From Macrostomum lignano (Eukaryota): a DNA stretch of 64,000 nt. The DNA lies in NCBI GenBank assembly GCA_002269645.1, contig NIVC01000624.1:66341-130340 (forward strand), written 5' to 3'. Position numbers and translations under genes: made by a program. This document shows, in pieces, positions 28,993 through 51,989 of this stretch (position 1 is its first letter; the number at the start of each line of letters is the position of its first letter). A model generated the notes under the pieces. That model had not been told where the DNA came from, made no database searches, and saw nothing but the letters and a program-made list of their open reading frames with translations.

Positions 28993-31900
28993 TGGCTAGA
29001 TTAGCAATCCATTCTATTCCTTCATTGCTGTAGGCTAGATTAGCAATCCATTCTATTCCTTCACTGATGTAGGCTAGATTAGCAATCCATTCTATTCCTT
29101 CATTGATGTAGGCTAGATTAGCAATCCATTCTATTCCTTCATTGATGTAGGCTAAATTAGCAATCCATTCTATTCCTTCATTGATGTAGGCTAGATTAGC
29201 AATCCATTCTACTCCTTCATTGATGTAGGCTAGATTAGCAATCCATTCTATACATTTATTGGTGTAGGCTAGATTAGCAATCCATTCTATTCCTTCACTG
29301 ATGTAGGCTAGATTAGCAATCCATTCTATTCCTTCATTGATGTAGGCTAGATTAGCAATTCATTCTATTCCTTCATTGATGTAGGCTAGATTAGCAATCC
29401 ATTCTATTCCTTCATTGATGTAGGCTAGATTAGCAATCCATTCTATACATTTATTGGTGTAGGCTAGATTAGCAATCCATTCTATTCCTTCATTGATGTA
29501 GGCTAGATTAGCAATCCATTCTATTCCTTCATTGATGTAGGCTAGATTAGCAATCCATTCTATTCCTTCATTGATGTAGGCTAGATTAGCAATCCATTCT
29601 ATTCCTTCATTGATGTAGGCTAGATTAGCAATCCATTCTATTCCTTCATTGATGTAGGCTAGATTAGCAATCCATTCTATTCCTTCATTGATGTAGGCTA
29701 GATTAGCAATCCATTCTATTCCTTCATTGATGTAGGCTAGATTAGCAATCCATTCTATTCCTTCACTGATGTAGGCTAGATTAGCAATCCATTCTATTCC
29801 TTCATTGATGTAGGCTAGATTAGCAATCCATTCTATTCCTTCATTGATGTAGGCTAGATTAGCAATCCATTCTATTCCTTCATTGATGTAGGCTAGATTA
29901 GCAATCCATTCTACTCCTTCATTGATGTAGGCTAGATTAGCAATCCATTCTATTCCTTCATTGATGTAGGCTAGATTAGCAATCCATTCTATTCCTTCAT
30001 TGATGTAGGCTAGATTAGCAATCCATTCTATTCCTTCATTGATGTAGGCTAGATTAGCAATCCATTCTATTCCTTCATTGATGTAGGCTAGATTAGCAAT
30101 CCATTCTATTCCTTCATTGATGTAGGCTAGATTAGCAATCCATTCTATTCCTTCATTGATGTAGGATAGATTAGCAATCCATTCTGTTCCTTCACTGATG
30201 TAGGCTAGATTAGCAATCCATTCTATTCCTTCACTGATGTAGGCTAGATTAGCAATCCATTCTATTCCTTCATTGATGTAGGCTAGATTAGCAATCCATT
30301 CTATTCCTTCATTGATGTAGGCTAGATTAGCAATCCATTCTATTCCTTCATTGATGTAGGCTAGATTAGCAATCCATTCTATTCCTTCATTGATGTACGC
30401 TAGATTAGCAATCCATTCTATTCCTTCATTGATGTAGGCTAGATTAGCAATCCATTCTACTCCTTCATTGATGTAGGCTAGATTAGCAATCCATTCTATT
30501 CCTTCATTGATGTACGCTAGATTAGCAATCCATTCTATTCCTTCATTGATGTAGGCTAGATTAGCAATCCATTCTACTCCTTCATTGATGTAGGCTAGAT
30601 TAGCAATCCATTCTGTTCCTTCATTGATGTAGGCTAGATTAGCAATCCATTCTATTCCTTCACTGATGCAGGCTAGATTAGCAATCCATTCTATTCCTTC
30701 ACTGATGTAGGCTAGATTAGCAATCCATTCTGTTCCTTCATTGATGTAGGCTAGATTAGCAATCCATTCTATTCCTTCATTGATGTAGGCTAGATTAGCA
30801 ATCCATTCTATTCCTTCATTGATGTAGGCTAGATTAGCAATCCATTCTATACATTTATTGGTGTAGGCTAGATTAGCAATCCATTCTATTCCTTCATTGC
30901 TGTGGGCTAAATTAGCAATCCATTCTATTCCTTCATTGATGTAGGCTAGATTAGCAATCCATTCTATTCCTTCATTGATGTAGGCTAGATTAGCAATCCA
31001 TTCTATTCCTTCATTGATGTAGGCTAGATTAGCAATCCATTCTATTCCTTCATTGATGTAGGCTAGATTAGCAATCCATTCTATTCCTTCATTGATGTAG
31101 GCTAGATTAGCAATCCATTCTGTTCCTTCATTGATGTAGGCTAGATTAGCAATCCATTCTGTTCCTTCATTGATGTAGGCTAGATTAGCAATCCATTCTA
31201 TTCCTTCATTGATGTAGGCTAGATTAGCAATCCATTCTATTCCTTCATTGCTGTAGGCTAGATTAGCAATCCATTCTGTTCCTTCATTGATGTAGGCTAG
31301 ATTAGCAATCCATTCTGTTCCTTCATTGATGTAGGCTAGATTAGCAATCCATTCTGTTCCTTCATTGATGTAGGCTAGATTAGCAATCCATTCTATTCCT
31401 TCATTGATGTAGGCTAGATTAGCAATCCATTCTATTCCTTCATTGATGTAGGCTAGATTAGCAATCCATTCTATTCCTTCACTGATGTAGGCTAGATTAG
31501 CAATCCATTCTGTTCCTTCACTGATGCAGGCTAGATTAGCAATCCATTCTATTCCTTCATTGATGTAGGCTAGATTAGCAATCCATTCTATTCCTTCATT
31601 GATGTAGGCTAGATTAGCAATCCATTCTATTCCTTCATTGATGTAGGCTAGATTAGCAATCCATTCTATTCCTTCATTGATGTAGGCTAGATTAGCAATC
31701 CATTCTATTCCTTCATTGATGTAGGCTAGATTAGCAATCCATTCTATTCCTTCATTGATGTAGGCTAGATTAGCAATCCATTCTATTCCTTCATTGATGT
31801 AGGCTAGATTAGCAATCCATTCTATTCCTTCATTGCTGTGGGCTAAATTAGCAATCCATTCTATTCCTTCATTGATGTAGGCTAGATTAGCAATCCATTC

Positions 31901-32207
31901 TATTCCTTCATTGCTGTGGGCTAAATTAGCAATCCATTCTATTCCTTCATTGATGTAGGCTAGATTAGCAATCCATTCTATTCCTTCACTGATGTAGGCT
32001 AGATTAGCAATCCATTCTATTCCTTCATTGCTGTGGGCTAGATTAGCAATCCATTCTATTCCTTCACTGATGTAGGCTAGATTAGCAATCCATTCTATTC
32101 CTTCATTGCTGTGGGCTAGATTAGCAATCCATTCTATTCCTTCATTGATGTAGGCTAGATTAGCAATCCATTCTATTCCGTCATTGCTGTGGGCTAAATT
32201 AGCAATG
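28993..32207. repeat. 39-bp satellite (GTAGGCTAGATTAGCAATCCATTCTATTCCTTCATTGAT), about 82 copies
   Basis: Largest array in the window; very homogeneous. Confidence 0.97.
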
Positions 32208-32464
32208 AATTTTTCAAAGCGAATCTAATTTCCAAGCAGAGATAGGTAAATGCTAATTTGTTTTATCTGGATAGTTGCCGGCTCGAGGAGTCTCAGACAG
32301 TTTCATAAAAAGGTCATTTGGCTGAAAAGATATGGCAGGACTGCTGCGAACACAGATAAGCCTGGGATCAGGCAGATTTGGCCGACTTTAAAGTAAACTA
32401 TAGCAAACTTGTCAACAGTTTATGTATCAAATACGACAAGGTTTAAGCGTTATAAACCTGTGTA

Positions 32465-33865
32465 CAATGAATGAAGAGGTCAAGTTAGTAGATAGAGACA
32501 CAATGAAGAGGTCCAGTTAGTAGATATAAACACAATGAAGAGGTCCAGTTAGTAGATATAAACACAATGAAGAGGTCCAGTTAGTACATATAGACACAAT
32601 GAAGAGGTCCAGTTAGTACATATAGACACAATGAAGAGGTCCAGTTAGTACATATAGACACAATGAAGAGGTCCAATTGGTAGATATAGACACAATGAAG
32701 AGGTCCAGTTAGTAGATATAAACACAATGAAGAGGTCCAATTGGTAGATATAGACACAATGAAGAGGTCCAGTTAGTAGATATAAACACAATGAAGAGGT
32801 CCAATTGGTAGATATAGACACAATGAAGAGGTCCAGTTAGTAGATATAAACACAATGAAGAGGTCCAGTTAGTAGATATAAACACAATGAAGAGGTCCAG
32901 TTAGTACATATAGACACAATGAAGAGGTCCAGTTAGTAGATATAAACACAATGAAGAGGTCCAGTTAGTAGATATAGACACAATGAAGAGGTCCAGTTAG
33001 TACATATAGACACAATGAAGAGGTCCAGTTAGTAGATATAGACACAATGAAGAGGTCCAGTTAGTACATATAGACACAATGAAGAGGTCCAGTTAGTACA
33101 TATAGACACAATGAAGAGGTCCAATTGGTAGATATAGACACAATGAAGAGGTCCAGTTAGTAGATATAAACACAATGAAGAGGTCCAGTTAGTAGATATA
33201 AACACAATGAAGAGGTCCAGTTAGTACATATAGACACAATGAAGAGGTCCAGTTAGTAGATATAAACACAATGAAGAGGTCCAGTTAGTAGATATAGACA
33301 CAATGAAGAGGTCCAGTTAGTACATATAGACACAATGAAGAGGTCCAGTTAGTAGATATAGACACAATGAAGAGGTCCAGTTAGTAGATATAGACACAAT
33401 GAAGAGGTCCAGTTAGTAGATAGAGACACAATGAAGAGGTCCAGTTAGTAGATATAGACACAATGAAGAGGTCCAGTTAGTACATATAGACACAATGAAG
33501 AGGTCCAGTTAGTAGATATAGACACAATGAAGAGGTCCAGTTAGTAGATAGAGACACAATGAAGAGGTCCAGTTAGTAGATATAAACACAATGAAGAGGT
33601 CCAGTTAGTAGATATAGACACAATGAAGAGGTCCAGTTAGTACATATAGACACAATGAAGAGGTCCAGTTAGTAGATATAGACACAATGAAGAGGTCCAG
33701 TTAGTAGATAGAGACACAATGAAGAGGTCCAGTTAGTAGATATAAACACAATGAAGAGGTCCAGTTAGTAGATATAAACACAATGAAGAGGTCCAGTTAG
33801 TACATATAGACACAATGAAGAGGTCCAGTTAGTAGATATAGACACAATGAAGAGGTCCAGTTACT
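32465..33865. repeat. 32-bp satellite (ACACAATGAAGAGGTCCAGTTAGTAGATATAG)
   Basis: About 43 copies. Confidence 0.96.
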
Positions 33866-34531
33866 CGTGCTATTGGTATACTCATTTCAGCCAAAACCTT
33901 CATAGCAAGCATATAGGCGAATAATAATTAACTTGTGATTCATGTTTTTTACCACAAGGACGGATCGCATAAACTAGATGTAAGCCGTTTTGTATTTTTT
34001 ACGTAAATCGCAAGCCTGATCTGGCAGGCACAAAGCAAACAAATTCTCGACATTTTAATTTGAAGTCAAGTGCAAAAATAATAGTTTTTGCATAATTTAA
34101 AAGCCACATTGCGAGCGCACTGCCTACCATAAATAGTATGGGAAGTAGTAAAGCTTCTTAGCGTTTGCATTTTTATGACCAACCCACACGCCAAAAACTC
34201 ACGGATGCATGACCCTATGGTTATATAATTCATTATTACATTAATTTTTGGTTAAATTAACTTGGCTCTGCTTGTGCAATTAACGCCTTGAGGGCCAACC
34301 CCCAAGGCGCAGTGAAGTGTACATGCCTAGCAATAAATAAAGTTAGGAACGCTGTACACTCCTGTGTGAGTGTGTGCCTGTGCGTGTGACTGCTTACGTA
34401 TCCGCGCGCTTGTGAGCCTGCTCAGGGGAGTTGGCGGAATGGGCAGCAATGCCTCTCTCCGGTTGTGTGACAATGTCGCTTAAAGTGCGCCAGGGTGCAC
34501 ACAGGCCCTGCTTTTAATAAATATGTAGTAG

Positions 34532-36262
34532 ACCCCATGAACCCCAAGAAGCCATGGACGCCAAGAAGCCATGGACCCCAAGAAGCCATGGACCCCAAGA
34601 AGCCATGGACCCCAAGAAGCCATGGACCCCAAGAAGCCATGGACCCCAAGAAGCCATGGACTCCAAGAAGCCATGGACCCCAAGAAGCCATGGACCCCAA
34701 GAAGCCATGGACCCCAAGAAGCCATGGACCCCAAGAAGCCATGGACCCCAAGAAGCCATGGACCCCAAGAAGCCATGGACCTCAAGAAGCCATGGACCCC
34801 AAGAAGCCATGGACCCCAAGAATCCATGGATCCCAAGAAGCCATGGACCCCAAGAAGCCATGGACCCCAAGAAGCCATGGACCCCAAGAAGCCATGGACC
34901 TCAAGAAGCCATGGACCCCAAGAAGTCATGGACGCCAAGAAGCCATGGACCCCAAGAAGCCATGGACCCCAAGAATCCATGGATCCCAAGAAGCCATGGA
35001 CCCCAAGAAGCCATGGACCCCAAGAAGCCATGGACCCCAAGAAGCCATGGACCCCAAGAAGCCATGGACCCCAAGAAGCCATGGACCCCAAGAAGCCATG
35101 GACCTCAAGAATCCATGGACCCCAAGAAGCCATGGACCCCAAGAATCCATGGACCTCAAGAATCCATGGACCCCAAGAACCCATGGACCACAAGAATCCA
35201 TGGACCCCAAGAAGCCATGGACCCCAAGAAGCCATGGACCCCAAAAGCCATGCACGCCAAGAAGCCATGGACGCCAAGTAGCCATGGACCCCAAGAAGCC
35301 ATGGACCCCAAAAGCCCTGGACGCCAAGAACCCATGGACGCCAAGAAGCCATGGACGCCAAGAAGCCATGGACCCCAAGAAGCCATGGACCCCAAGAAGC
35401 CATGGACCCCAAGAAGCCATGGACCTCAAGAATCCATGGACGCCAAGAAGCCATGGACCCCAAGAACCCATGGACCCCAAGAAGCCATGGACCTCAAGAA
35501 TCCATGGACCCCAAGAAGCCATGGACCCCAAGAATCCATGGACCTCAAGAATCCATGGACCCCAAGAACCCATGGACCCCAAGAAGCCATGGACCCCAAG
35601 AAGCCATGGACCCCAAGAAGCCATGGACCCCAAAAGCCATGCACGCCAAGAAGCCATGGACGCCAAGTAGCCATGGACCCCAAGAAGCCATGGACCCCAA
35701 AAGCCCTGGACGCCAAGAACCCATGGACGCCAAGAAGCCATGGACGCCAAGAAGCCATGGACCCCAAGAAGCCATGGACCCCAAGAAGCCATGGACCCCA
35801 AGAAGCCATGGACCTCAAGAATCCATGGACCCCAAGAACCCATGGACCACAAGAATCCATGGACCCCAAGAAGCCATGGACGCCAAGAAGCCATGGACCC
35901 CAAGAACCCATGGACCCCAAGAAGCCATGGACCTCAAGAATCCATGGACCCCAAGAAGCCATGGACCCCAAGAATCCATGGACCTCAAGAATCCATGGAC
36001 CCCAAGAAGCCATGGACCTCAAGAATCCATGGACCCCAAGAACCCATGGACCACAAGAATCCATGGACTCCAAGAATCCATGGGCCCCAAGAAGCCATGG
36101 ACCCCAAGAAGCCATGGACGCCAAGAAGCCATGGACCCCAAGAAGCCATGGACCCCAAGAATCCATGGACGCCAGAAGCCATGGACCCCAAGAAGCCATG
36201 GACCTCAAGAATCCATGGACCCCAAGAAGCCATGGACCCCAAAAGCCGTGGACCCCAAGAAA
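34532..36262. repeat. 17-bp satellite (CCATGGACCCCAAGAAG), about 100 copies, directly 3' of the quiver-like stop codon
   Basis: The stop-free unit explains the many MDPKKPWTPRSHGPQEA ORFs. Confidence 0.96.
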
Positions 36263-36337
36263 ATCGAAACCCAAACCACCTGAAGCCGGCGCCCTCGAGA
36301 CATAAACAAAGCACATTGCAGAGACAGTTCAGCAATG

Positions 36338-37711
36338 TCAAGACAGCGGCTTCAGAGGCAGCAGCAGAGCCGCCAGCAGCATCATCATCACGGCTGTCGA
36401 TGCCGCAGTCCCCCTCGACGCCGAGTTGCAGCCGTCAAATCGGCACATGGTGACGCAGCCATCGAAGTACTGCTGCTCGCCATCGTTAGCGAGTTTGAAG
36501 TTGCCGCAGTGGCTCTTCATGACGTTGTTGACCAGCGGGTCGACGCTACAACGGCGCACCAGCACGGACTGGCCGTCAGACCGGCGCCTGCCTTTCAGCT
36601 TGAAGCAGAACCTGGCGGGGAACACGCCGTTCTGCGCTCGGCGACCCTGGTTGCACGGGGTTGTCAAGCCGATCAGAGAGGAGTCGAACGGGTCGTGACA
36701 GGCCGGGTTCGAACCGTTGATGGAGCTGCACACGTAGCAGCTGATGCCGCCGCCGGAGTCTGAGGAGAACACTGCCGGGAAGGGGGGGTCGGGGAGTGAG
36801 CAGTGTGGGGTGATTTGGAGCGAGGAAAATCGAATAGTGGAGACAAGGATTTAATAGCTGATGAAGATTCACAAGAGTGAAGAGTGACAAGAGTGAAGAG
36901 TGACAAGAGTGAAGAGTGACAAGAGTGAAGAGTGACAAGAGTGAAGAGTGACAAGAGTGAAGAGTGACAAGAGTGAAGAGTGACAAGAGTGAAGAGTGAC
37001 AAGAGTGAAGAGTGACAAGAGTGAAGAGTGACAAGAGTGAAGAGTGACAAGAGTGAAGAGTGACAAGAGTGAAGAGTGACAAGAGTGAAGAGTGACAAGA
37101 GTGAAGAGTGACAAGAGTGAAGAGTAACAAGAGTGAAGAGTGACAAGAATGAAGAGTAACAAGAGTGAAGAGTGACAAGAATGAAGAGTAACAAGAGTGA
37201 AGAGTGACAAGAATGAAGAGTAACAAGAGTGAAGAGTGACAAGAATGAAGAGTAACAAGAGTGAAGAGTGACAAGAGTGAAGATTGACAAGAGTGAAGAG
37301 TGACAAGAGTGAAGAGTGACAAGATGTGAAGAGTGACAAGAGTGAAGAGTGACAAGATGTGAAGAGTGATATGAGGAAAGAGTGACAGGTGACATGATCC
37401 AACAGGCAAGGCATGAGTTGGGAACAGGCAAGGCATGAGTTGGGAACAGGCAAGGCATGAGTTGGGAACAGGCAAGGCATGAGTTGGGAACAGGCAAGGC
37501 ATGAGTTGGGAACAGGCAAGGCATGAGTTGGGAACAGGCAAGGCATGAGTTGGGAACAGGCAAGGCATGAGTTGGGAACAGGCAAGGCATGAGTTGGGAA
37601 CAGGCAAGTGGATCACAGCAGCTCGCAGACCTTACCTTGGGCCTCGCAGACAGAGTTGAGAATGGCCAACAGACAGGCTGCAAGCAGCAGAGCTTCAACT
37701 GCAGCCGGCAT
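36338..37711 (-). CDS. Ly6/quiver (sleepless)-like GPI-anchored three-finger protein, 165 aa
   Basis: Exon 1 37711-37636 (signal peptide MPAAVEALLLAACLLAILNSVCEAQ, phase 1 GTAAGG donor). Exon 2 36759-36338: ISCYVCSSINGSNPACHDPF...FCFKLKG...VRRC...HCG...GCVTMCRFDGCN plus a hydrophobic C-terminus. Confidence 0.85.
36868..37372. repeat. 16-bp minisatellite (CAAGAGTGAAGAGTGA) in the quiver-like intron
   Basis: Tandem copies. Confidence 0.93.
37400..37610. repeat. 22-bp minisatellite (AACAGGCAAGGCATGAGTTGGG) in the quiver-like intron
   Basis: About 9 perfect copies. Confidence 0.93.
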
Positions 37712-38689
37712 TCTTTCGAAGCTGTCCGTCTTACGGTTGTTTGAATTCAAGAAAAACTGAGTTGTTCAGAGGCGTCGCGTCTTTCTCGAGAGGATTCTTT
37801 TAAAAAGAAGCTGCAGTACGAAGGGAGGGCAGTTCGGGAGGGAGGGTGCGGGAAGCTTGCCGCTAGTCCAATGGCGGAGGCTGAGCTGGAGCCGCTGTAC
37901 ACCTTCTGCTCCACCTTCTGCCTCTCGGACTCGAACCCCGAGTTCCCCTCCGCTTTCGCTCTTCCCCTTTCCCATTCCCCCGCCGCCGCCACGCCTCGTT
38001 GCTAGGGGCATACAGATGAGGAATAGGAATAGAAAATGTAAAACTTGTTGGGGAAGAATATTGTGAGAGAGTGTGTACTGTCTGGCCCTTTCTAACCTGC
38101 TGGGAGTGACCCAGCTGCCGTACATGCGGCAGTGAGCGAGGGACAGAGTAGTCGCGGAGTGCTGAGTACTGTGACTCCTGACTTCCTTGGCTCCGGCTTT
38201 CAAGAATCCCCCTCTCTCCCCCAGTTCCGCTCTCTTCCTCTTCCGTGTGTTGCTTCACACTGCTTCTGACCTCTCCCTGGTTCTTTTCCCCAATGAGATA
38301 TTAATACAGTCTCTTTTGCTCTTTTTAGCATTAAATCATACTCGCAGACAAAAAAACTTTTTCAACCGTTTAAACGTTTACAGCAAGGGTTTGTTAAAAT
38401 TTTGTTCCGACTTTTTTGGGCGCGAATTTGAATGTTAGTAAACAATTTCGAAACATTAGTTACTGGATCTCGATAACTCGCCAACTTTTCAACTCGTAAA
38501 AAAGTTTTACTTTTTTATATACAATAAGCTACTGTCAGTAGGTTGGCTTTTATTCAGCATTGTACTGTAAAAATTGGGAAGAAGACGGCGAGTGAGAAAG
38601 AAGTTAAAGAAGTTAACAAACCACAAAAGAGCCAGAAGTTGAGGGTAAGAAACTAAAAAATTTGAATAGCAATAAAATCCTAAATAAGA

Positions 38690-39262
38690 TAGAGTGAGAT
38701 AGAGAATGAGATAGACAATGAGATAGAGAATGAGATAGACAATGAGATAGATAATGAGAGAGAATTTGATAGAGAATGAGATAGACAATGAGATAGATAA
38801 TGAGAGAGAATGTGATAGAGAATGAGATAGACAATGAGATAGAGAATGAGATAGAGAATGAGATAGACAATGAGATAGACAATGAGATAGACAATGAGAT
38901 AGAGAATGGGATAGACAATGAGATAGAGAATGAGATAGAGAATGAGATAGACAATGAGATAGACAATGAGATAGAGAATGAGATAGAGAATGAGATAGAG
39001 AATGAGATAGAGAATGAGATAGAGAATGAGATAGACAATGAGATAGAGAATGAGATAGACAATGAGATAGAGAATGAGATAGAGAATGGGATAGACAATG
39101 AGATAGAGAATGAGATAGAGAATGAGATAGACAATGAGATAGAGAATGAGATAGACAATGAGATAGAGAATGAGATAGACAATGAGATAGAGAATGAGAT
39201 AGAGAATGAGTTAGACAATGAGATAGAGAATGAGATAGAGAATAATATAGACAATGAGATCA
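38690..39262. repeat. 12-bp minisatellite (GAGATAGASAAT)
   Basis: Tandem copies; source of the spurious ENEI ORF. Confidence 0.93.
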
Positions 39263-39726
39263 TGACCAGACATCATGTCTAATCGCAGTTAAAAATGGTC
39301 GCAGACAAAAGTCAATGAAGTCCTGTTTGACCACAAATATCTTCATTGCAGATCAACAGCGCGAGGAGTTGCAGTGCAACAGAAGAAAGTCACGTGGGGT
39401 GAGGGTGAACTATCACTGTTCGTGCAGAAAGTTTAGAGCGAAAGCAATAAAACCCAAGACCTGTTCTAGCTGGTCCACCTTTGCCATATTTGAAAAACAA
39501 GAAGGCTTGTGAATTGCAGGCTGGCAATGCTATCTGCAGAGCGACTGTTTATCTGCCAGATTTCTACACACGCAGTCAAACTGAAACACAGCTCGCAGGA
39601 AATCTGGTGGACGCAGATGAACCCCCGCCAGCAAGAGCTGCAAGACCAGGGGTTGAGATGATAAGATAAAAGAGGCAAGTCACAAGACTGCCAATCTGAA
39701 ATTCAGGTGGGGACAACATAGCCGCC

Positions 39727-39732
39727 TATAAA
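39727..39732 (+). promoter_or_regulatory. TATA box of the pacifastin-like gene
   Basis: CCTATAAATA about 115 nt upstream of the ATG at 39843. Confidence 0.55.
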
Positions 39733-39842
39733 TACAATAGCAAAAGCAGCAAGGCAAGTCTTTCCAATAACACCGGCAGGAGAGAGAGAGAGAGAGAGTT
39801 TCAAACAGAAATCGACTTCAATTTAACAAGACAGACAAGCAA

Positions 39843-40529
39843 ATGCGCCTGGTACTACTGCTGGCGTTGGTCCTGGCGGTGTCTTCGGCCGCCTACGGCC
39901 GCAGATTCGGGCGCCGGGGCGGCGGTCGCGGCCGGAACAAGCCGGAGGTCACGTGCTCGGACCTGAAGGCGCAGAGCATCTGCAACGGAGACGCTTCTCT
40001 TGTCGGCTTCAAGGTGTCGGACGGCTGCAACCTGTGCACCTGCGGCTCCAACGCCGGCCAGGCCACGTGCACCATCAAGTCCTGCCCGCGCCAGACGGAG
40101 ATCCTGGAGCCCCGGCTGAAACGCAGGGCCGACCGCTTCTGCCAGAAGCTGGCCCGCCGGGTCGAGAAGAAGAAGCTCCGCTACAAGCGCCGCATGGAGA
40201 GGCGAGCCGCCGTTGCCGCCGCTGCCGGTGGCTCTGCTGAACCCGAGCGCTGGCCAATCAAGTGCTTCAAGGAGCGCAAGCTGTGCCGCCAGCAGCCGGG
40301 AGTGAAGTTCTTCGACGGCTGCAACCAGTGTCAGTGCCCGGACACGCCGGCCACGGCTGCCCAGTGCGAGACCAGCAACACCTGCCCGGAGTTCGTCGGC
40401 AGCAAGCGCGAGTTCAAGCGGCACTGCCGCAGTCTGGGCGCCAATATCGAGGGCGGCAGGCGCGGCAACAGGCGGCGCGGCCGCAGGCAGCGCGGCTCTC
40501 TGATGCAGTGGCTGGCCCAGCGGTTTTGA
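39843..40529 (+). CDS. Secreted, Arg/Lys-rich protein with two pacifastin-like (CNxCxC...C[T/E]xxxC) modules, 228 aa, intronless
   Basis: Signal peptide MRLVLLLALVLAVSSAAYG; motifs DGCNLCTC...CTIKSC and DGCNQCQC...CETSNTC; TATAAA 39727-39732; AATAAA 40612-40617. Confidence 0.8.
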   Translation: MRLVLLLALVLAVSSAAYGRRFGRRGGGRGRNKPEVTCSDLKAQSICNGDASLVGFKVSDGCNLCTCGSNAGQATCTIKSCPRQTEILEPRLKRRADRFCQKLARRVEKKKLRYKRRMERRAAVAAAAGGSAEPERWPIKCFKERKLCRQQPGVKFFDGCNQCQCPDTPATAAQCETSNTCPEFVGSKREFKRHCRSLGANIEGGRRGNRRRGRRQRGSLMQWLAQRF

Positions 40530-40867
40530 GCGGCTGCCAATTTGAATTAACTCGCATAGCAACTGTGGCCTCGGCTTTACTTTGGGCTGCTTCTGTTGCT
40601 TGTAAATGAGTAATAAAATTAAACTGCATACCGAATGACCGCTCAATCAAACACGCGGGTCTCGCCGTAGAGTATCACTCAGTGTCAAATAAATCCGACT
40701 GCTACTACTTATGCATGCCTTTGCCAAGTCAGTAGTGTGTTTCGAGCAGTTGTCCTACTTTTAAGAAGTGTTAATTTTCACATAATATACGAGCTACAGT
40801 AATACATACCTAGGAAGGAGGCATGTCCCAATTTTGAGCTGGGCATGTACGAGCTATGACATCAGAA

Positions 40868-41460
40868 CTCCTTCAGCTGGCGCCCCCAATCCTTCAGCTG
40901 GCGCCCCCAATCCTTCAGCTGGCGCCCCGTTCCCCAATCCTTCAGCTGGCGCCCCCAATCCTTCAGCTGGCGCCCCCCAATCCTTCAGCTGGCGCCCCCA
41001 ATCCTTCAGCTGGCGCCCCCAATCCTTCAACTGGCGCCCCGTCCCCCCAATCCTTCAGCTGGCGCCCCCTCCCCCAATCCTTCAGCTGGCGCCCCGTCCC
41101 CCAATCCTTCAGCTAGCGCCCCCTACCCCAATCCTTCAGCTAGCGCCCCGTCCCCCAATCCTTCAGCTGGCGACCCCTTCCCCCAATCCTTCAGCTGGCG
41201 CACCGTCCCCCAATCCTTCAGCTGGCGCCCCGTCCCCCAATCCTTCAGCTGGCGCCCTCAATCCTTCAGCTGGCGCCCCGTCCCCCAATCCTTCAGCTGG
41301 CGACCCCTTCCCCCAATCCTTCAGCTGGCGCCCCGTCCCCCAATCCTTCAGCTGGCGCCCCGTCCCCCAATCCTTCAGCTGGCGCCCCCCCAATCCTTCA
41401 GTTGGCGCCCCCCAATCCTTCAGCTGGCGCCCCCCAATCCTTCAGCTGGCGCCCCCAATC
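40868..41460. repeat. 21-27-bp GC-rich minisatellite (CCCCAATCCTTCAGCTGGCGCC)
   Basis: Tandem copies. Confidence 0.9.
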
Positions 41461-41921
41461 GACCAGTTACAAAAGAAGCGGACACGAAACAGGTCGCAGG
41501 TTTGTGAGCGATGCTACATTTTGGATTGCCAAGAAGGAATGGAATTTATCAAGAGATTTATTAACGATATTTCATTCGTTGACACACAGCGGTCAGAAAT
41601 AGGTTCAGGTCGCATTGATAAAAATAATTTTTATGTTAAAATCAGCCCATTAAAAGGTTCCTCGATCAGCTGTCAGTTAAAAATACATTCAGAGCCATGT
41701 TTATCCGTAAAAGCCAGAGATTTCAAATATCATAGAGTTTAGCAGCTAGTCGGCCTCTAGGTAAGAGTTGAACAAACAAACACAAGAATAAGCTTCAACT
41801 TCGGACGGCTTGTGAGGGGGAGCAGTTGGCAATTATATAATTGGCGTTCAGGGCTTGGAAATCTCTCAATAAAATATTATAAATAGATATCTCTCAAGGT
41901 CAGTCAGTCGGCCCCGGCAGC

Positions 41922-51849
<9,928 letters not shown>

Positions 51850-51989
51850 GTCGGTTTGGTGCACACTGCGGTCTGAACGGAAAAGTGCGGCGATGGGTTG
51901 CATGCGGATTCTGTCTGGTCTGGGGAGCGGATTCTTTGGATAAGGAGATTCGTTAGGAAAGCTGTGCTCTCGACAGTGGTGGGTTACGA

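Noticed and set aside
34422-36316. Long ORFs of 300-580 aa (MDPKKPWTPRSHGPQEA / GSMASWGPWLLGVHGFL repeats)
   Set aside because: Produced in all frames on both strands by a stop-free 17-bp unit; no leader or unique domain.
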